DNA of 59,569 bases from a bacterium (GCA_043822925.1 JBDRBF010000083.1:1-59569); one strand, 5' to 3'. Positions 18,286 to 29,549 are shown, counted from the stretch's first letter. Notes: generated from the letters alone by a model not told the origin. Program-made: numbers and translations.

Positions 18286-19710
18286 TTATTGTGTTGTCGT
18301 ATCTGTTTGAGCCGCTAGAGGTGAAGAATCTTTGGTTTTTTGGCCTATAACGAGATTATTATCGAGCGCGTGTTGGAGGTGTTTGCCGACAAAGTAGGTA
18401 ACAATGATCCATAATGATGTTAACCCGATACATATTCCCATGCTTGAAATAAGCGTTCCCATATAAAGATTTATAAAAGACCCGGAGCTTTTTGCTACGC
18501 GTGAACCAAATGCATCGGTCCATGCTTTTGCTTTAAATTTGATATCTTTTGTGGTTGGAATATACAACATTTCGCGTGTTGGATGGTTAAATGCATAGTT
18601 TATAGCTCGCACGCCAATGCCTGCGGCAAATAAGATCCAGGTTGAGGGGAAGAGCATGACAATGATAAGCGTTGCAAGGCAAAATGCGGGAAATAAGAAA
18701 AGTGATAAGCGAATGCCCATTAATCGTAAAATAGGCGTCGTTCCTAATATTGTTACAATGAGTCCAAAGGAGTTCATTAGTAAGTAGTATAGGGCGTAAG
18801 TTGACGTCATATTGCCGATTGATTGAGAAGTTTTATCTACTTGAAGTTGCAAGTAATAATCGAGTATTACGGTAATAATTTCATAGCAAAATACGAGTGA
18901 GAATATGCCAAGTACGTATGGGTTTTTAAGCATGATAAAAAGACCATCGAACGGTTTTTTTGCCATTGCTAAGAAAGAGAATTTTTGACCGTTATTTTTA
19001 CTTGCTTTTTCCAATTGATATACCTGTTCATAGCCGTGCATGATGTTTTCAGGGACTCTTTTAATAAGAAGGTAAATAGCGAACGTTGCGGCAAATAGTA
19101 ATAAGCTGCCGACGAGAAAGAAATTAGGAATTAATGCGGCTTCGCTGGATATTGGTATAAAAGAAAGAACGATATACAAGAGCCCTGCTGATATAATGCC
19201 GCCAATTTTAGAGCCCGATACAATAAAACCGTAATAGTTTTTAGCATCTTTGGCATTGTTGATTGAATCAGCAAAAGACCAAAAAGTTGCAGAAAGAAAA
19301 GCATTAAAGCTTTCCATGAAAAAGAAGTATGCCCATCCTATAAGACGGTTAGGATCTACTTGAGTGTTGGCAAAACCATACGTTGGGTGTGAAAAAAGAA
19401 TATAAAAAATAATGCCGCCAACAGCGTGAAAGAGCGTGAAGCAGTATAACACTTGGTGTCGACGAAGCCAATCGACGAGTTTTGAATACAAGAGGATTAA
19501 GGGGATAATAAATAAGAGTGAATAAAGTTTTGCGACAGGAACGAAAGAGGATCCGACTAATTTTGAAAAGACTGAGTATTTGAGTGGTCTCCAGATAACT
19601 AAACATGCCATTATGAAGAGAAATGCGAGTGCTTGTAAAAAGACTTTAGTTCTGAATTCTTCTTTTATGTTCCATAAACTGCTGAGCTTGTGAAAAAAAC
19701 TTTGTACCAT
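18286..19710 (-). CDS. TLC/NTT family nucleotide (ATP/ADP) translocase, tandem paralog
   Basis: Many TM helices; WRPLK, ATFWSF, RAINYAFNHPTREMLYIPTTKDIKFKAKAWTDAFGSR. Confidence 0.9.
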   Translation of the reverse strand: MVQSFFHKLSSLWNIKEEFRTKVFLQALAFLFIMACLVIWRPLKYSVFSKLVGSSFVPVAKLYSLLFIIPLILLYSKLVDWLRRHQVLYCFTLFHAVGGIIFYILFSHPTYGFANTQVDPNRLIGWAYFFFMESFNAFLSATFWSFADSINNAKDAKNYYGFIVSGSKIGGIISAGLLYIVLSFIPISSEAALIPNFFLVGSLLLFAATFAIYLLIKRVPENIMHGYEQVYQLEKASKNNGQKFSFLAMAKKPFDGLFIMLKNPYVLGIFSLVFCYEIITVILDYYLQLQVDKTSQSIGNMTSTYALYYLLMNSFGLIVTILGTTPILRLMGIRLSLFLFPAFCLATLIIVMLFPSTWILFAAGIGVRAINYAFNHPTREMLYIPTTKDIKFKAKAWTDAFGSRVAKSSGSFINLYMGTLISSMGICIGLTSLWIIVTYFVGKHLQHALDNNLVIGQKTKDSSPLAAQTDTTTQ

Positions 19711-20269
19711 AACAACTCCAAAATTGCTGGTTTTGTATATTTATAACGGCAAGTTCCTGCAGAAATTTAAGTTTTTATATATGTAATCTTTTATGTAATT
19801 ACACGATGAGTGCCCTCTTATTGTGTTAAATTAAGAAAAATTTAAGTAAAAGTTCTAATAAAATTTTATGTTTGTAAAACATTTCAAATTTGAGTCACAA
19901 TTTTTGCCGTCGTATTATGCTATTTTTCCTAGAGAACAAGTTTCCATTTTTGTGTATCGTTTACAGATTGATTTTATCAACAGCTGTGAAGATTTGTGCG
20001 TAAACTATGTTGAATAAGCGTCTTTTAAGTCTACGGTTATATGCCAAAATGTCAATTGCAAAAACAGATATAGTAATTATAGTTTTTTATGGGGAGATAT
20101 CTGGGTGGATCGTGTTTTATGGCGTTTGTTTTATGAAAATGAAAGTATTAAGTTATTTTTCGTGAAAAATTGCCTTTTTGTCTCAATATTTATATGATAA
20201 AGCATCAAGTGTGTGGTTTTCAATTTGTAACATTATGTTTTGATATATTGAAAAATAGAAGAATAAACA

Positions 20270-22750
20270 ATGAGTGATGCCGAGAATAAAAAAAAGATCC
20301 TAATCCCTGATGACTCTATTGATAAGCAGGTTTATTACGAAGGGCCAAAACAATTTTTGCCTGTGTTGCCATTAAGAAATTTGGTAGCGCTTCCAAAGAG
20401 TATTATACCGGTTGTTGTGGGGCGTGAATTTTCAGTGCAGGCGATTGACTTTGCCATGAAGGGTGATAAAAATATTTTTGTTACTGCGCAAAAATCAATC
20501 GATGTAGAAAATCCCGGCATAAATGATATCCATATGTATGGCACACGAGCAATAATTCTTCAAGTTGCACGTATGGCTAATGGAACGCTTAAGATTTTAA
20601 TCGAAGGTGTTGCTCGTGCTAAAATCGTTGAAATTGTTCAAGATACGATGTTTATTGGCGCAATGGCGTGCGATTTAAATCCTACTAAGACAGAGTATAA
20701 TGATTCAGAAATGACTGCTTTGTGGCGCAATTTATATGCTCTTTTTAAAGAGTTTGTAAATTTAAATGAAAAAATAACTCCTGATGTTTTAAATTTGTTT
20801 AAGGGCCAGGAAGATTTAGATTTTTTAGCTGATACAATTGCTGTTCAGTTGCATTTAGATTTTAGCGCACGCCAACGTATATTGGAATTAATTGATGTTA
20901 AAGAGCGAGCGATACATCTTTTAACGCTCTTGAAAAACGAAATAGAAATCTTAAAAGCTGAGAAGAATATTCGTAAGCGCGTGCAAAGCCAAGTTGAAAA
21001 GCATCAGCGCGATTATTACTTGAATGAGCAAATGCGCGCGATTCAGCAAGAATTGGGCAGAGAAGATTATCAGCAAGAGATTATTAAACTTCGTAAGCTT
21101 GCCAAAAAAAATAAATTGCCTGTTGAAGCAATGGAAAAAGTTGAGGCAGAATTAAAACGTCTTGAACAAATGCAACCAAGTTCGCCGGAAGCATCAGTTT
21201 GTAGGAATTATGTTGATTGGCTCATTACACTGCCATGGCATGAGCAAACTAAAGATACGGTTACTATTACTCAAGCAGAGCATCTTTTAGATTCTTCTCA
21301 TGCAAGTATGAGAAAACCAAAAGAGCGAATTATTGAGTTTTTAGCTGCACGTAAATTTGCTGGCACGGCTCTTAAAAAAACACCTATAATTTGTCTTGTT
21401 GGGCCTCCAGGTGTTGGTAAGACTTCTCTTGCTAAATCTGTTGCAGATGCATTGGGCCGTAAGATGGTGCGAATATCTCTTGGCGGCATGCGTGATGAAG
21501 CTGAAATTCGTGGACATCGTCGAACATATATCGGCGCTATGCCGGGTAAAATAATTCAAGCTATGAAGAAGGCTCAAGTTACTAATCCCGTTATCGTTCT
21601 TGACGAGATAGACAAGATGGCGATGGATTTTAGAGGCGATCCGGCTTCAGCGTTACTTGAAGTGCTTGATCCAGAACAAAATAAAGATTTTTCAGATTAT
21701 TTTTTAGAAGTTGGGTACGATTTATCGCAAACGATGTTTATAACAACTGCGAACGTTATTGATAATATTGCGTATCCATTATTAGATCGCATGGACGTAA
21801 TACACCTATCTGGTTACACAGATACTGAAAAACTTGATATAGCTAAACGCTTTCTGTTGCCCAAGTTATATTCAGAGTATGCGATCAAAGAGTCACAGAT
21901 TGGTATTACTGATGAGATTTTGATGTTGGTTATTGAAGAGTACACAAAAGAAGCAGGCGTGCGGCAACTAGAACGCATACTCGCTAAACTTGTGCGTAAA
22001 ACGATTCAAATATTGCTTAAAGATAAATCTGTTACGACGGTCTTGGTTACTAAGCAGCATATTGCTGATTGGCTAAGAGTGCCGCCGTTTAAAATTAATA
22101 AGCTCAAAAAAGAAGAAGCCATAGGCTTAACGACAGGTCTTGCTTGGACTGAAGTTGGTGGCGATGTTCTTGAGATCGAAACGACGATCCTCAAGGGCAA
22201 AGGCGCATTAACGCTTACCGGTCAATTGGGTGAAGTAATGCAAGAATCTGCGCAAGCAGCTATGAGTTATATTCGCTCACGTGCGGTTGATTTTGGCTTA
22301 AAAAATAATTTTTACTCTGAGGTCGACGTACACGTGCACTTGCCAGAAGGTTCTATTCCAAAAGACGGCCCATCTGCTGGTATTACTATGACTGTTGCCC
22401 TGGTCTCTGCATTAACTAAAATACCAGTTAAAAGTTCTGTTGCCATGACCGGTGAAGTTACATTGCGTGGCCGTGTGCTTCCTGTTGGCGGACTGAAAGA
22501 AAAACTTCTTGCTGCTACGCGCTTTGGCATAACCAAAGTTATTGTCCCGCAGGAAAACGAGAAAGATATTTCAGAGTTTAAGAGCGAACTCTTAAGTACT
22601 CTTGAAATAGTATATGTCGACACGGTAGACAAAGTTCTTATTGAGGCGTTAACTGAGTCGCCGTTTAAGAAAAAAGAAATAAGTACAAAAAATAAAAGCA
22701 CGAAGCTAAAAAGAATTAAGACAAAAAAATCTAAGATAAAGAAAAAGTAA
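20270..22750 (+). CDS. lon: ATP-dependent protease La
   Basis: [35 protein letters not shown]. Confidence 0.98.
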   Translation: MSDAENKKKILIPDDSIDKQVYYEGPKQFLPVLPLRNLVALPKSIIPVVVGREFSVQAIDFAMKGDKNIFVTAQKSIDVENPGINDIHMYGTRAIILQVARMANGTLKILIEGVARAKIVEIVQDTMFIGAMACDLNPTKTEYNDSEMTALWRNLYALFKEFVNLNEKITPDVLNLFKGQEDLDFLADTIAVQLHLDFSARQRILELIDVKERAIHLLTLLKNEIEILKAEKNIRKRVQSQVEKHQRDYYLNEQMRAIQQELGREDYQQEIIKLRKLAKKNKLPVEAMEKVEAELKRLEQMQPSSPEASVCRNYVDWLITLPWHEQTKDTVTITQAEHLLDSSHASMRKPKERIIEFLAARKFAGTALKKTPIICLVGPPGVGKTSLAKSVADALGRKMVRISLGGMRDEAEIRGHRRTYIGAMPGKIIQAMKKAQVTNPVIVLDEIDKMAMDFRGDPASALLEVLDPEQNKDFSDYFLEVGYDLSQTMFITTANVIDNIAYPLLDRMDVIHLSGYTDTEKLDIAKRFLLPKLYSEYAIKESQIGITDEILMLVIEEYTKEAGVRQLERILAKLVRKTIQILLKDKSVTTVLVTKQHIADWLRVPPFKINKLKKEEAIGLTTGLAWTEVGGDVLEIETTILKGKGALTLTGQLGEVMQESAQAAMSYIRSRAVDFGLKNNFYSEVDVHVHLPEGSIPKDGPSAGITMTVALVSALTKIPVKSSVAMTGEVTLRGRVLPVGGLKEKLLAATRFGITKVIVPQENEKDISEFKSELLSTLEIVYVDTVDKVLIEALTESPFKKKEISTKNKSTKLKRIKTKKSKIKKK

Positions 22751-22830
22751 CTGTTTGTTATCTTAGATTTTCTGTCTAAAATAATAGAGCGTGTTTGTTA
22801 AATATTTTGATTAAAGAAAAAGGGAATAAT

Positions 22831-22908
22831 ATGAACGATACACTTAAGTTAGTTTTGATATTTTTGTTTTTAGCCATTGTTCTTGTTGCTATTGCACTTA
22901 TTTCATAA
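22831..22908 (+). CDS. Candidate 25-aa single-TM small protein
   Basis: MNDTLKLVLIFLFLAIVLVAIALIS with AAGGG RBS 6 nt upstream, followed by a terminator; below the ORF-track cutoff. Confidence 0.5.
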   Translation: MNDTLKLVLIFLFLAIVLVAIALIS

Positions 22909-22946
22909 GTACTTGTTCTTAGATTTTTTAAATCTAGAATAAATTA

Positions 22947-22994
22947 AAGAGAGAAGCGACTGGGTGTTAGTATTCGGTCGCTTCTTTCTTTTTT
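22947..22994. terminator. Intrinsic terminator, probably bidirectional, between lon/sORF and sbcC
   Basis: agaagcgactgggtg-ttag-tattcggtcgcttct followed by a T-run. Confidence 0.75.
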
Positions 22995-23014
22995 GCCCGT
23001 TTGATCTACGCTTT

Positions 23015-25735
23015 TTATCCGCGTTCTTCGATGCGCACTCTTGAGCCGGTCGAATCTTTTTCGACGATAAAGTGAGCCGGAAAGTTGTCTTTAAACTCGT
23101 TTAAGTGTGAAACGATAATAATTTTAGCAAAATTGCTCTTGATTGCGTGAATCGCATTCATAAGAAGGCCCAAGCCCTCTTCGTCCTGTGACCCAAAGCC
23201 TTCGTCGATAATAAGCGTTTGTAGCGCTGTGCCTGCCCGACGGGCAAGAAGCTTAGATATAGCGATGCGCAGGGCGAAATCTATTCTAAACGCTTCGCCG
23301 CCAGAATATAATTCATATGGTCTGATTCCAATTGAATCGGCGATGTTAATGTCGAGGGTTTCTTTGACACCACCGCTTTTGAGATCTTTGAGCGATTCAA
23401 TAAAGATTTGCGACTGGTTATTAGTAAGTTTTGAAATTATTGAGTTTGCTTCTTCTTCTATTTCTGGAATTACTTCTTCGATTAATAACGCTTGTATCCC
23501 GTTTTTGCTAAAAGTCTGGGCCAGAATTTGATACTCTTCGATCGCATCTTCCAGCGAAAATAACTTTATGGTTCGTGTTTTTTGATTGTTTTTTAGTACG
23601 CCAAATCTTTGTAGCGTATTTTCTAGCCTGCCAATAGTTGGCAAGATTCGCTCTTTTTCTTCAAGCGTTTTATTTATTTCGGTTTTTATTTTTTGAACGT
23701 GCATGTTTATTCGGGTCAGATCTTCTGGCTTGAATGCGAGCTGCTTTTGGGCTTGGTTGTATTGCGTGCGCGCTATATGTGCTTGTTTGAGCTGTTTGCA
23801 CCGTTGCGATATTTCTGCTTTTCTTTCGTGCTGCTTTGTGAGCTCTTTTTTTATTGTGTTTAATTGCGCAAATTCTTCATCTAGAGCTCGCATGTTTGTT
23901 TGTAGCGTTTTATATTTTTGGCGATCTGTGTCGAGGTCTTCTTTTTCTTTTGTGAGCGTCTTTATTATTGCTGCTATAGCTGTTATATCTGGGTCTTTTT
24001 GTTTTTCTTGCTCGAGAGTTTTTGTATGAGTTGTTAGTTCTTGTTTGATTTTAGTTATTTGCGTGTGAGTTTTTTGGAGGTCGAGTTCTGTTTGTGTGTT
24101 TAGTTTTGCAAGAAGTTCTATGTTTTGTGCGATTGTGATTTTTGTTTTTTCGAGCGCTTCTTTTTTTATAATTGCGAGAGAGAATGCGTCATAATTGTTT
24201 TGTTTGGATTCAACTTCTTTGTGCTGTGTTACCAGGATCTCTTTTAATTTTGTTATTAAATTTGTAACACGATTGAGTTTGTTTTGTAAGAAGCGTTCTT
24301 CTTGGTCAAATTGTTTGTGTAAAAAGTTTTTTCTAGTTGCTGTTAAAACTTGCTGGCATAAGGGGCAGGCTGGGTTTGAATTGTCGCAGGCGATATTTTT
24401 TTTGATGTCCAATTCTTTGAGCCGTGTTTTGCATATATTGCCGTTTTGGACAAGCGTTTGATAAAACGTGCGACGTTTTTCAAACTGTTTTTTGAGTGCT
24501 TCAAATTCTTTTTCGAATATTTGCTTTTGAGTTAATTTTTGGAGTAAGAGTGCAAATTCTTGGTTGGTGCGCTTTAATTCTTGTTCTTGTATTAGCAAAT
24601 CTTGTTTTTTTTGCGTGAGTATTTGTTCGAGTTGTTTTTGTGTGAATTCGCTTTTATTGAGCTCGAGCGTAATAAAATTACGCTGCTGTTCATGGCTTGT
24701 TTGGATTGTGTGTAGGCGTTTTTGGTGCATGTCTTGTTGTTTTAATATTGCTTCTTGGAGTGTGATTGTTTTTTGTTGGAGCTCTAGATATTGTTTTTCT
24801 TGTAGTACGAGTTCTTGGCGCTTTTTTTCAAGTATATTATTGTCAGGAAGTTTAAGGGCTTGGGCATGTGTTGCTTGCCAGGCGTTTTTGAGTTGGACTA
24901 GATTTTGGTTTTCTTGCGCTATTTTTTGTGTGAGCGTGTGTAGTTCTTTATTTAAAAATATATGCTGGCGTTCTGTTTCTTCGAGTTTTTTGAGGTCTTG
25001 TTCTGATTTGAGTAGTTTTTGTTGCTCTGTTTCGATTGCTTGTGTAAGCGTGAGTAAGTGCAGTTTTTCTTGGTCTAATAGCGAGAGAGTTTCTGGTTCT
25101 TTTTCAAGTTCTTTTTGATCTTGTTCTTGTAGTTGGCAGAGCATGCGTTTTTCTTCAGAGCTTTTTCTTGTTTCTTCGAGCGCTCGTTGTTGGAGCTTGT
25201 CAAAGCGCGATAAATTTAAAATATTGGCCAAAATTTGCTTGCGCTCTTTGGGCGTTTTTTTAGAAAATTCGTTTGATTGGCCTTGTTTTAAAAAAGAAGT
25301 ATTAATAAATGTATCGTAATCAAGGCCAATAAGTTGCTCGATCTGTTCTTGTGTCTTTTTGATTGTTTTATCTGAGAGACAGATAAATTTGTTTTCTTGT
25401 GCATTAAAACTTTCAACGTCCAGTGCTGCATATGGTTTGCCATATGTTTTGGCAAATTCTCGTCGTACGCGATAGATTTTATCTGAAAGCATAAATTCAA
25501 AGCTTACCATCATGCGTGTTTGGCCTAACCGTAATAAGCCCTCGTCAGCTTTTGGGGCTCCTGAAGTTTTACGAGCTTGTCCCCATACAGCCCACGTTAT
25601 AGCATCAAGTAAGGCTGATTTGCCATGCCCGTTTTTGCCTGAAAGGCAGATTAATTCATGATTTTTAAAATCAATAATTTGTGCTTTGTCGCCATAACAT
25701 AAAAAATTTTTGAGTTCGATTTTTAGTGGAATCAT
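23015..25735 (-). CDS. sbcC: SbcC/Rad50-like SMC ATPase
   Basis: GKNGHGKS, FLKQG Q-loop, coiled coil with CPLC zinc hook, YSGGE, IIDEGFGSQD, IVSH. Confidence 0.92.
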   Translation of the reverse strand: MIPLKIELKNFLCYGDKAQIIDFKNHELICLSGKNGHGKSALLDAITWAVWGQARKTSGAPKADEGLLRLGQTRMMVSFEFMLSDKIYRVRREFAKTYGKPYAALDVESFNAQENKFICLSDKTIKKTQEQIEQLIGLDYDTFINTSFLKQGQSNEFSKKTPKERKQILANILNLSRFDKLQQRALEETRKSSEEKRMLCQLQEQDQKELEKEPETLSLLDQEKLHLLTLTQAIETEQQKLLKSEQDLKKLEETERQHIFLNKELHTLTQKIAQENQNLVQLKNAWQATHAQALKLPDNNILEKKRQELVLQEKQYLELQQKTITLQEAILKQQDMHQKRLHTIQTSHEQQRNFITLELNKSEFTQKQLEQILTQKKQDLLIQEQELKRTNQEFALLLQKLTQKQIFEKEFEALKKQFEKRRTFYQTLVQNGNICKTRLKELDIKKNIACDNSNPACPLCQQVLTATRKNFLHKQFDQEERFLQNKLNRVTNLITKLKEILVTQHKEVESKQNNYDAFSLAIIKKEALEKTKITIAQNIELLAKLNTQTELDLQKTHTQITKIKQELTTHTKTLEQEKQKDPDITAIAAIIKTLTKEKEDLDTDRQKYKTLQTNMRALDEEFAQLNTIKKELTKQHERKAEISQRCKQLKQAHIARTQYNQAQKQLAFKPEDLTRINMHVQKIKTEINKTLEEKERILPTIGRLENTLQRFGVLKNNQKTRTIKLFSLEDAIEEYQILAQTFSKNGIQALLIEEVIPEIEEEANSIISKLTNNQSQIFIESLKDLKSGGVKETLDINIADSIGIRPYELYSGGEAFRIDFALRIAISKLLARRAGTALQTLIIDEGFGSQDEEGLGLLMNAIHAIKSNFAKIIIVSHLNEFKDNFPAHFIVEKDSTGSRVRIEERG

Positions 25736-25872
25736 ATATACATATATCTCAGGTTCTTTTTATTTAGGTAACGTCATGCTATTCTAGTTACATAGTTTTT
25801 TCGGTCTTTTAGATCGTGCAATTAGTGTACCGTAAAATATAATAAATAATATTGGCAAAATATAGGCTAAAT

Positions 25873-26973
25873 ATGATAGATAAGCGTTTTTTACGTTATT
25901 TCGATTGGATTAGTTTTGGACTTATGCTCGCTATTTTGAGTATAGGGCTTTTATTTGTTTTTAGTTCAACATATCGGCCAGAAGAACCTTTTTCTGTTTT
26001 ATTCAAAAAACAGTTATTTGGTGCAGGGGCTGGGCTTGTTTTGTATTTTATCTTTTGTATTAAAGATATGCGGCGCTTAACAAAAGTGGTGTATTGCTTG
26101 TATCTGGCGCTTTTGGTTCTGCTGGCGTATACGTTTTTATGTGGTTGGGTTGGCATGGGAGGACAGCGATGGATCTCTCTCTATTTTTTTCGGTTTCAGC
26201 CATCAGAGATAGCAAAGCTCTTATTGCCTATGTTTATGGCTATTCATTTTGCGGGCGAGGGGTATGAGAAAGTTACGGAAATTTCACTTGAAAAGCTCTT
26301 TTTTCCTGTGCTTGTATTATTAACGAGTTTTGTTTTAATTTTAAAACAGCCTGATCTTGGGACTGCACTACTTGTCTTGATGTCGGGTGGTATAATGTTA
26401 TGGTTTGTCGGTGTTAATCGCACGTATTTTATTCTTTTGGGCATATTGTTGGTTATTGGAATACCGGTGATGTGGACTTTTTTAAAACCGTATCAGCAGC
26501 AACGTATAAAAGTTTTGTTTGGGTATGGCGATGTTCGTAAAGAACGGTATCAAATTGAGCAGTCAAAAATCGCAATAGGTTCTGGAGGTCTTTTGGGTAA
26601 GGGCGTTTTAAATGGGACACAAAGTAAATTGAGTTTTTTACCTGAAGATCATACTGACTTTATTTTTTCAGTAATCTGTGAAGAGTGGGGCTTTTGGGGT
26701 GCGGTTCTTACTTTGTTTTTGTATGGGCTTTTATTTGTACGATTGTGTTATATCGTTTTAAACGTTGGTTTATTTTTTAATCAGGTAGTGGCAATAGGGC
26801 TTATGGCGCATGTTTTTCTTTCTGTGTGCGTGAATGTTGGCATGGTCGTCGGTATTTTGCCCGTCGTTGGTATTCCGTTGCCGCTTGTTAGCTGTGGGCT
26901 TTCAAATTTATGGATTACGCTCGCTAGTTTCGGGTGGCTTAATCACATCGCGATCAGACGTTTTTATTATTAA
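25873..26973 (+). CDS. rodA: Rod shape-determining protein RodA (SEDS)
   Basis: GGQRWI, FQPSE, QPDLGT, FLPEDHTDFIF, GIPLPLVS. Confidence 0.93.
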   Translation: MIDKRFLRYFDWISFGLMLAILSIGLLFVFSSTYRPEEPFSVLFKKQLFGAGAGLVLYFIFCIKDMRRLTKVVYCLYLALLVLLAYTFLCGWVGMGGQRWISLYFFRFQPSEIAKLLLPMFMAIHFAGEGYEKVTEISLEKLFFPVLVLLTSFVLILKQPDLGTALLVLMSGGIMLWFVGVNRTYFILLGILLVIGIPVMWTFLKPYQQQRIKVLFGYGDVRKERYQIEQSKIAIGSGGLLGKGVLNGTQSKLSFLPEDHTDFIFSVICEEWGFWGAVLTLFLYGLLFVRLCYIVLNVGLFFNQVVAIGLMAHVFLSVCVNVGMVVGILPVVGIPLPLVSCGLSNLWITLASFGWLNHIAIRRFYY

Positions 26974-27795
26974 TTTGGGGCGATATCGTAGACATAATAC
27001 GATAATTATGATGATAAAAAAAATATGTATGAGAGACGATTGTCTTAGATCTTGAGCGAACCACCACGGTTCGCAATCAAAAACTTTTTGGGTAATTAAC
27101 GGGATACGGCGTAAAAAAACTTTAATAAATACAAGTCCGGCGTGAAAACCCATTCCCAAGTATAATTTCCCAGAAATCACAAAAATAAGATTCAAGAACA
27201 TTCCCAGTAAGAATAGGCCAATAAATAATTTGGTTGTCAGTGTGCCCGATATAGCATGAGCTACGACGAATATAAATGACGTTAGTACAACGCTTGTTAG
27301 TGGGAGCATATTTTGTGCGAAAAACGGGTAAAGCGTGCCTCTAAAGATTAATTCTTCTGTGTAGGCCAAGAAGAAAGTTGCGATAAAGCCCAGAAGAACT
27401 TTAAAAGCGATTGAGCTGTTTAAAGTTGGGATAAGAGTTGTATCTAAAACTGTTGCACCTAAAGTTACAAATAATATAAGTGCAAGAATATGTAAGAGTG
27501 AGCCTAGTGCAAAAAAATGCGAAAAATCTAGTAGCCAATTTTTACTTTTAAAAAAAGTGAGATTTGTTTCGAGCCAAGAGTGTAAAAATTTTGTTGGCTG
27601 AAACGAGATTAATAAAATAATGTGCAAGATAACAAGAACTGTTAATGCAATTTTTCCGACACCTCGGTTAGCCATTAAACTAAAAGAGGGGTCAAGAAAA
27701 AAAGCTATCGGTTGCAAGATGATAGAAGAGATAAAAAGAGATAGGGCCGATAAGACTATCGGCCCAACACTTTTCCATATACGCTGTGTCATCAC
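26908..27795 (-). CDS. CPBP/Abi (CAAX) intramembrane metalloprotease
   Basis: EELIFRG, FVVAH, GFHAG motifs in a multi-TM protein; 3' end overlaps rodA by 66 bp. Confidence 0.82.
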   Translation of the reverse strand: MMTQRIWKSVGPIVLSALSLFISSIILQPIAFFLDPSFSLMANRGVGKIALTVLVILHIILLISFQPTKFLHSWLETNLTFFKSKNWLLDFSHFFALGSLLHILALILFVTLGATVLDTTLIPTLNSSIAFKVLLGFIATFFLAYTEELIFRGTLYPFFAQNMLPLTSVVLTSFIFVVAHAISGTLTTKLFIGLFLLGMFLNLIFVISGKLYLGMGFHAGLVFIKVFLRRIPLITQKVFDCEPWWFAQDLRQSSLIHIFFIIIIIVLCLRYRPKLIIKTSDRDVIKPPETSERNP

Positions 27796-27824
27796 CGTTG
27801 TTTTTATCCTGTAATTATGGGGTC

Positions 27825-28106
27825 TTATAGACCTGAACGAATTTGTTCTTTAAGGTGTTTACCTGGTTTGAAACGTGGAACTTTGGTTGCTGGCAAGTTG
27901 ATTTTTTCTTTTGTTGCTGGGTTGATGCCAACGCGTGCTGGACGTTTTGATGTCCAGTAGGTACCAAAACCTGTTAAAGATACTTTGCCGCCTTTTTTGA
28001 GTGTTCTTTCAATGATGCGTGTGAAAGCTGCAAGTACTTTTGCGACATCTTTTTTGCTGAAATTAGTTTCTTCGCTCAGTGCGCCTATCAATTCGCTCTT
28101 GTTCAT
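27825..28106 (-). CDS. hup: HU family DNA-binding protein
   Basis: MNKSELI...GFGT...ARVGINPAT...PRFKPGK. Confidence 0.96.
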   Translation of the reverse strand: MNKSELIGALSEETNFSKKDVAKVLAAFTRIIERTLKKGGKVSLTGFGTYWTSKRPARVGINPATKEKINLPATKVPRFKPGKHLKEQIRSGL

Positions 28107-28160
28107 AAGGATCTCCCGATAAAAAAGGTGTGACTTATCATAACTTACGTTTCAGTGTGA

Positions 28161-28189
28161 AATTTAGATTGTGTTTGGATGTTTGTCAA
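28161..28189 (-). promoter_or_regulatory. Putative sigma70 promoter of HU
   Basis: TTGACA-17 bp-TAAATT on the minus strand. Confidence 0.55.
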
Positions 28190-28359
28190 GAAAAAGTGCT
28201 TTGTGATAACGCTTTTTTTAATTTTTTTGTATTATTATTATTGTGTAATAAAAAAAATATGCGTACAACAAAGATTAGTGATAGTTTCTTTTCTGTAAGA
28301 AACTTTGTTTTCTGTGGGCTTTTTTTTAAATTGTTTGGGTTTTAACAGGGAGTTGGAGA

Positions 28360-29169
28360 ATGTTTGTTGACTCACATTGTCATTTGAACATGATGGTGCA
28401 AAAAAATTTTGATGCCCCGCTTGAAGTTGGGCAATTTATTGAAATCGAAAAAATTATAGAACAGGCGCGTATGGCTGACGTAATCGATATAATTACGATT
28501 GGCACAACGTTTCAAGAAAGTTTAAATAGTATTGCAATAGCGCAGCGCTTTGAGCATGTTTTTGCAACAATAGGGGTGCATCCGTGTGACGCTCAAGATA
28601 ATTGGCGACATGATTTACAAAAATTAGAATTATTATTACAGAACAAAAAAGAAAAAAAAATTGTAGCTATTGGCGAGACCGGTTTAGATTTTTATCACAA
28701 GCCCTTTAATAAAAAACGCCAAGAAGATAGTTTTAAAGTGCACATAGAAGTTGCGCTTAAAAATAATTGCGCACTAGTTGTTCATGTGCGTGATGCAGCG
28801 CAAGAAGTTTTGTCGATATTAGAAAAATATAAGCAAGATCTTAAAGATCATGTTGTGATACATTGTTTTTCCCAAAAACAAGATTTTGCTGAGCAAGTTT
28901 TGGACTGGGGGTTTTATATTGGCCTGGGTGGTTATATAACGTATCCAAAAAATCAGGAATTAAGAGATTTGCTTAAGATTATCTCACTTGACCGGATACT
29001 TTTAGAAACTGATGCGCCGTTTTTGCCACCACAAAAATTCAGGGGCACGCAAAACAGTCCTGCATATATACCAATATTTGCTCAAACTATTGCACAAGTA
29101 TTGGGCGTAACTATTCAAGACTTAGCGCATCATACGACGGCAAACGCGCAGAATTTATTTGGGATTTAG
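28360..29169 (+). CDS. tatD: TatD family DNase
   Basis: DSHCHL, GVHP, IGETGLD, HCFS, LETDAP. Confidence 0.95.
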   Translation: MFVDSHCHLNMMVQKNFDAPLEVGQFIEIEKIIEQARMADVIDIITIGTTFQESLNSIAIAQRFEHVFATIGVHPCDAQDNWRHDLQKLELLLQNKKEKKIVAIGETGLDFYHKPFNKKRQEDSFKVHIEVALKNNCALVVHVRDAAQEVLSILEKYKQDLKDHVVIHCFSQKQDFAEQVLDWGFYIGLGGYITYPKNQELRDLLKIISLDRILLETDAPFLPPQKFRGTQNSPAYIPIFAQTIAQVLGVTIQDLAHHTTANAQNLFGI

Positions 29170-29487
29170 GTTTTACTTTGTTACCTCAAAACGGGATTTG
29201 GGATCCAGTTCTAATATATAATGCTTCATTACTACGCTCGAATTCTCTTAGAATAACCTCGCATTTCCCCTGTGTGTAAGCCCAACACAGTAGAACATAG
29301 CTCCTCCTATTTCTTACTATAGAAAGACTGAGTATAAGACCGTTAGTGGTTAAGATAAGAAAATTTTTGATCGACGATAATTTACTTGAGAGCTATTTTT
29401 GTTTCGGGATAGAACCGGTTTTGTTTGACCTGTTAGAAGTTTAGAATATTGTTTTTGATGCGTCAAATGGGGGGGGCGTAAGTGAAT

Positions 29488-29530
29488 AAGTGCCTACTAG
29501 ACGCTTTTTTAGGCATCGAGTGGGCACTTT
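29488..29530 (-). terminator. Hairpin downstream of the small secreted protein gene
   Basis: aagtgcctact...agtgggcactt inverted repeat. Confidence 0.5.
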
Positions 29531-29549
29531 CTATTTGAAAGGTTTGAGC

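Noticed and set aside
19711-20269. 560-bp intergenic gap as an ncRNA or CIRCE-regulated region
   Set aside because: AT-rich divergent promoter region; I found no CIRCE inverted repeat or convincing stable structure by eye.
23015-25735. SMC protein as a Wadjet/Lamassu-type defence component
   Set aside because: Zinc hook and motifs fit housekeeping SbcC/Rad50, and no partner defence genes are adjacent.
26908-26973. 66-bp convergent overlap of rodA and the CPBP gene as a regulatory system
   Set aside because: Most simply explained by stop-codon drift in a compact genome; no further supporting signal.
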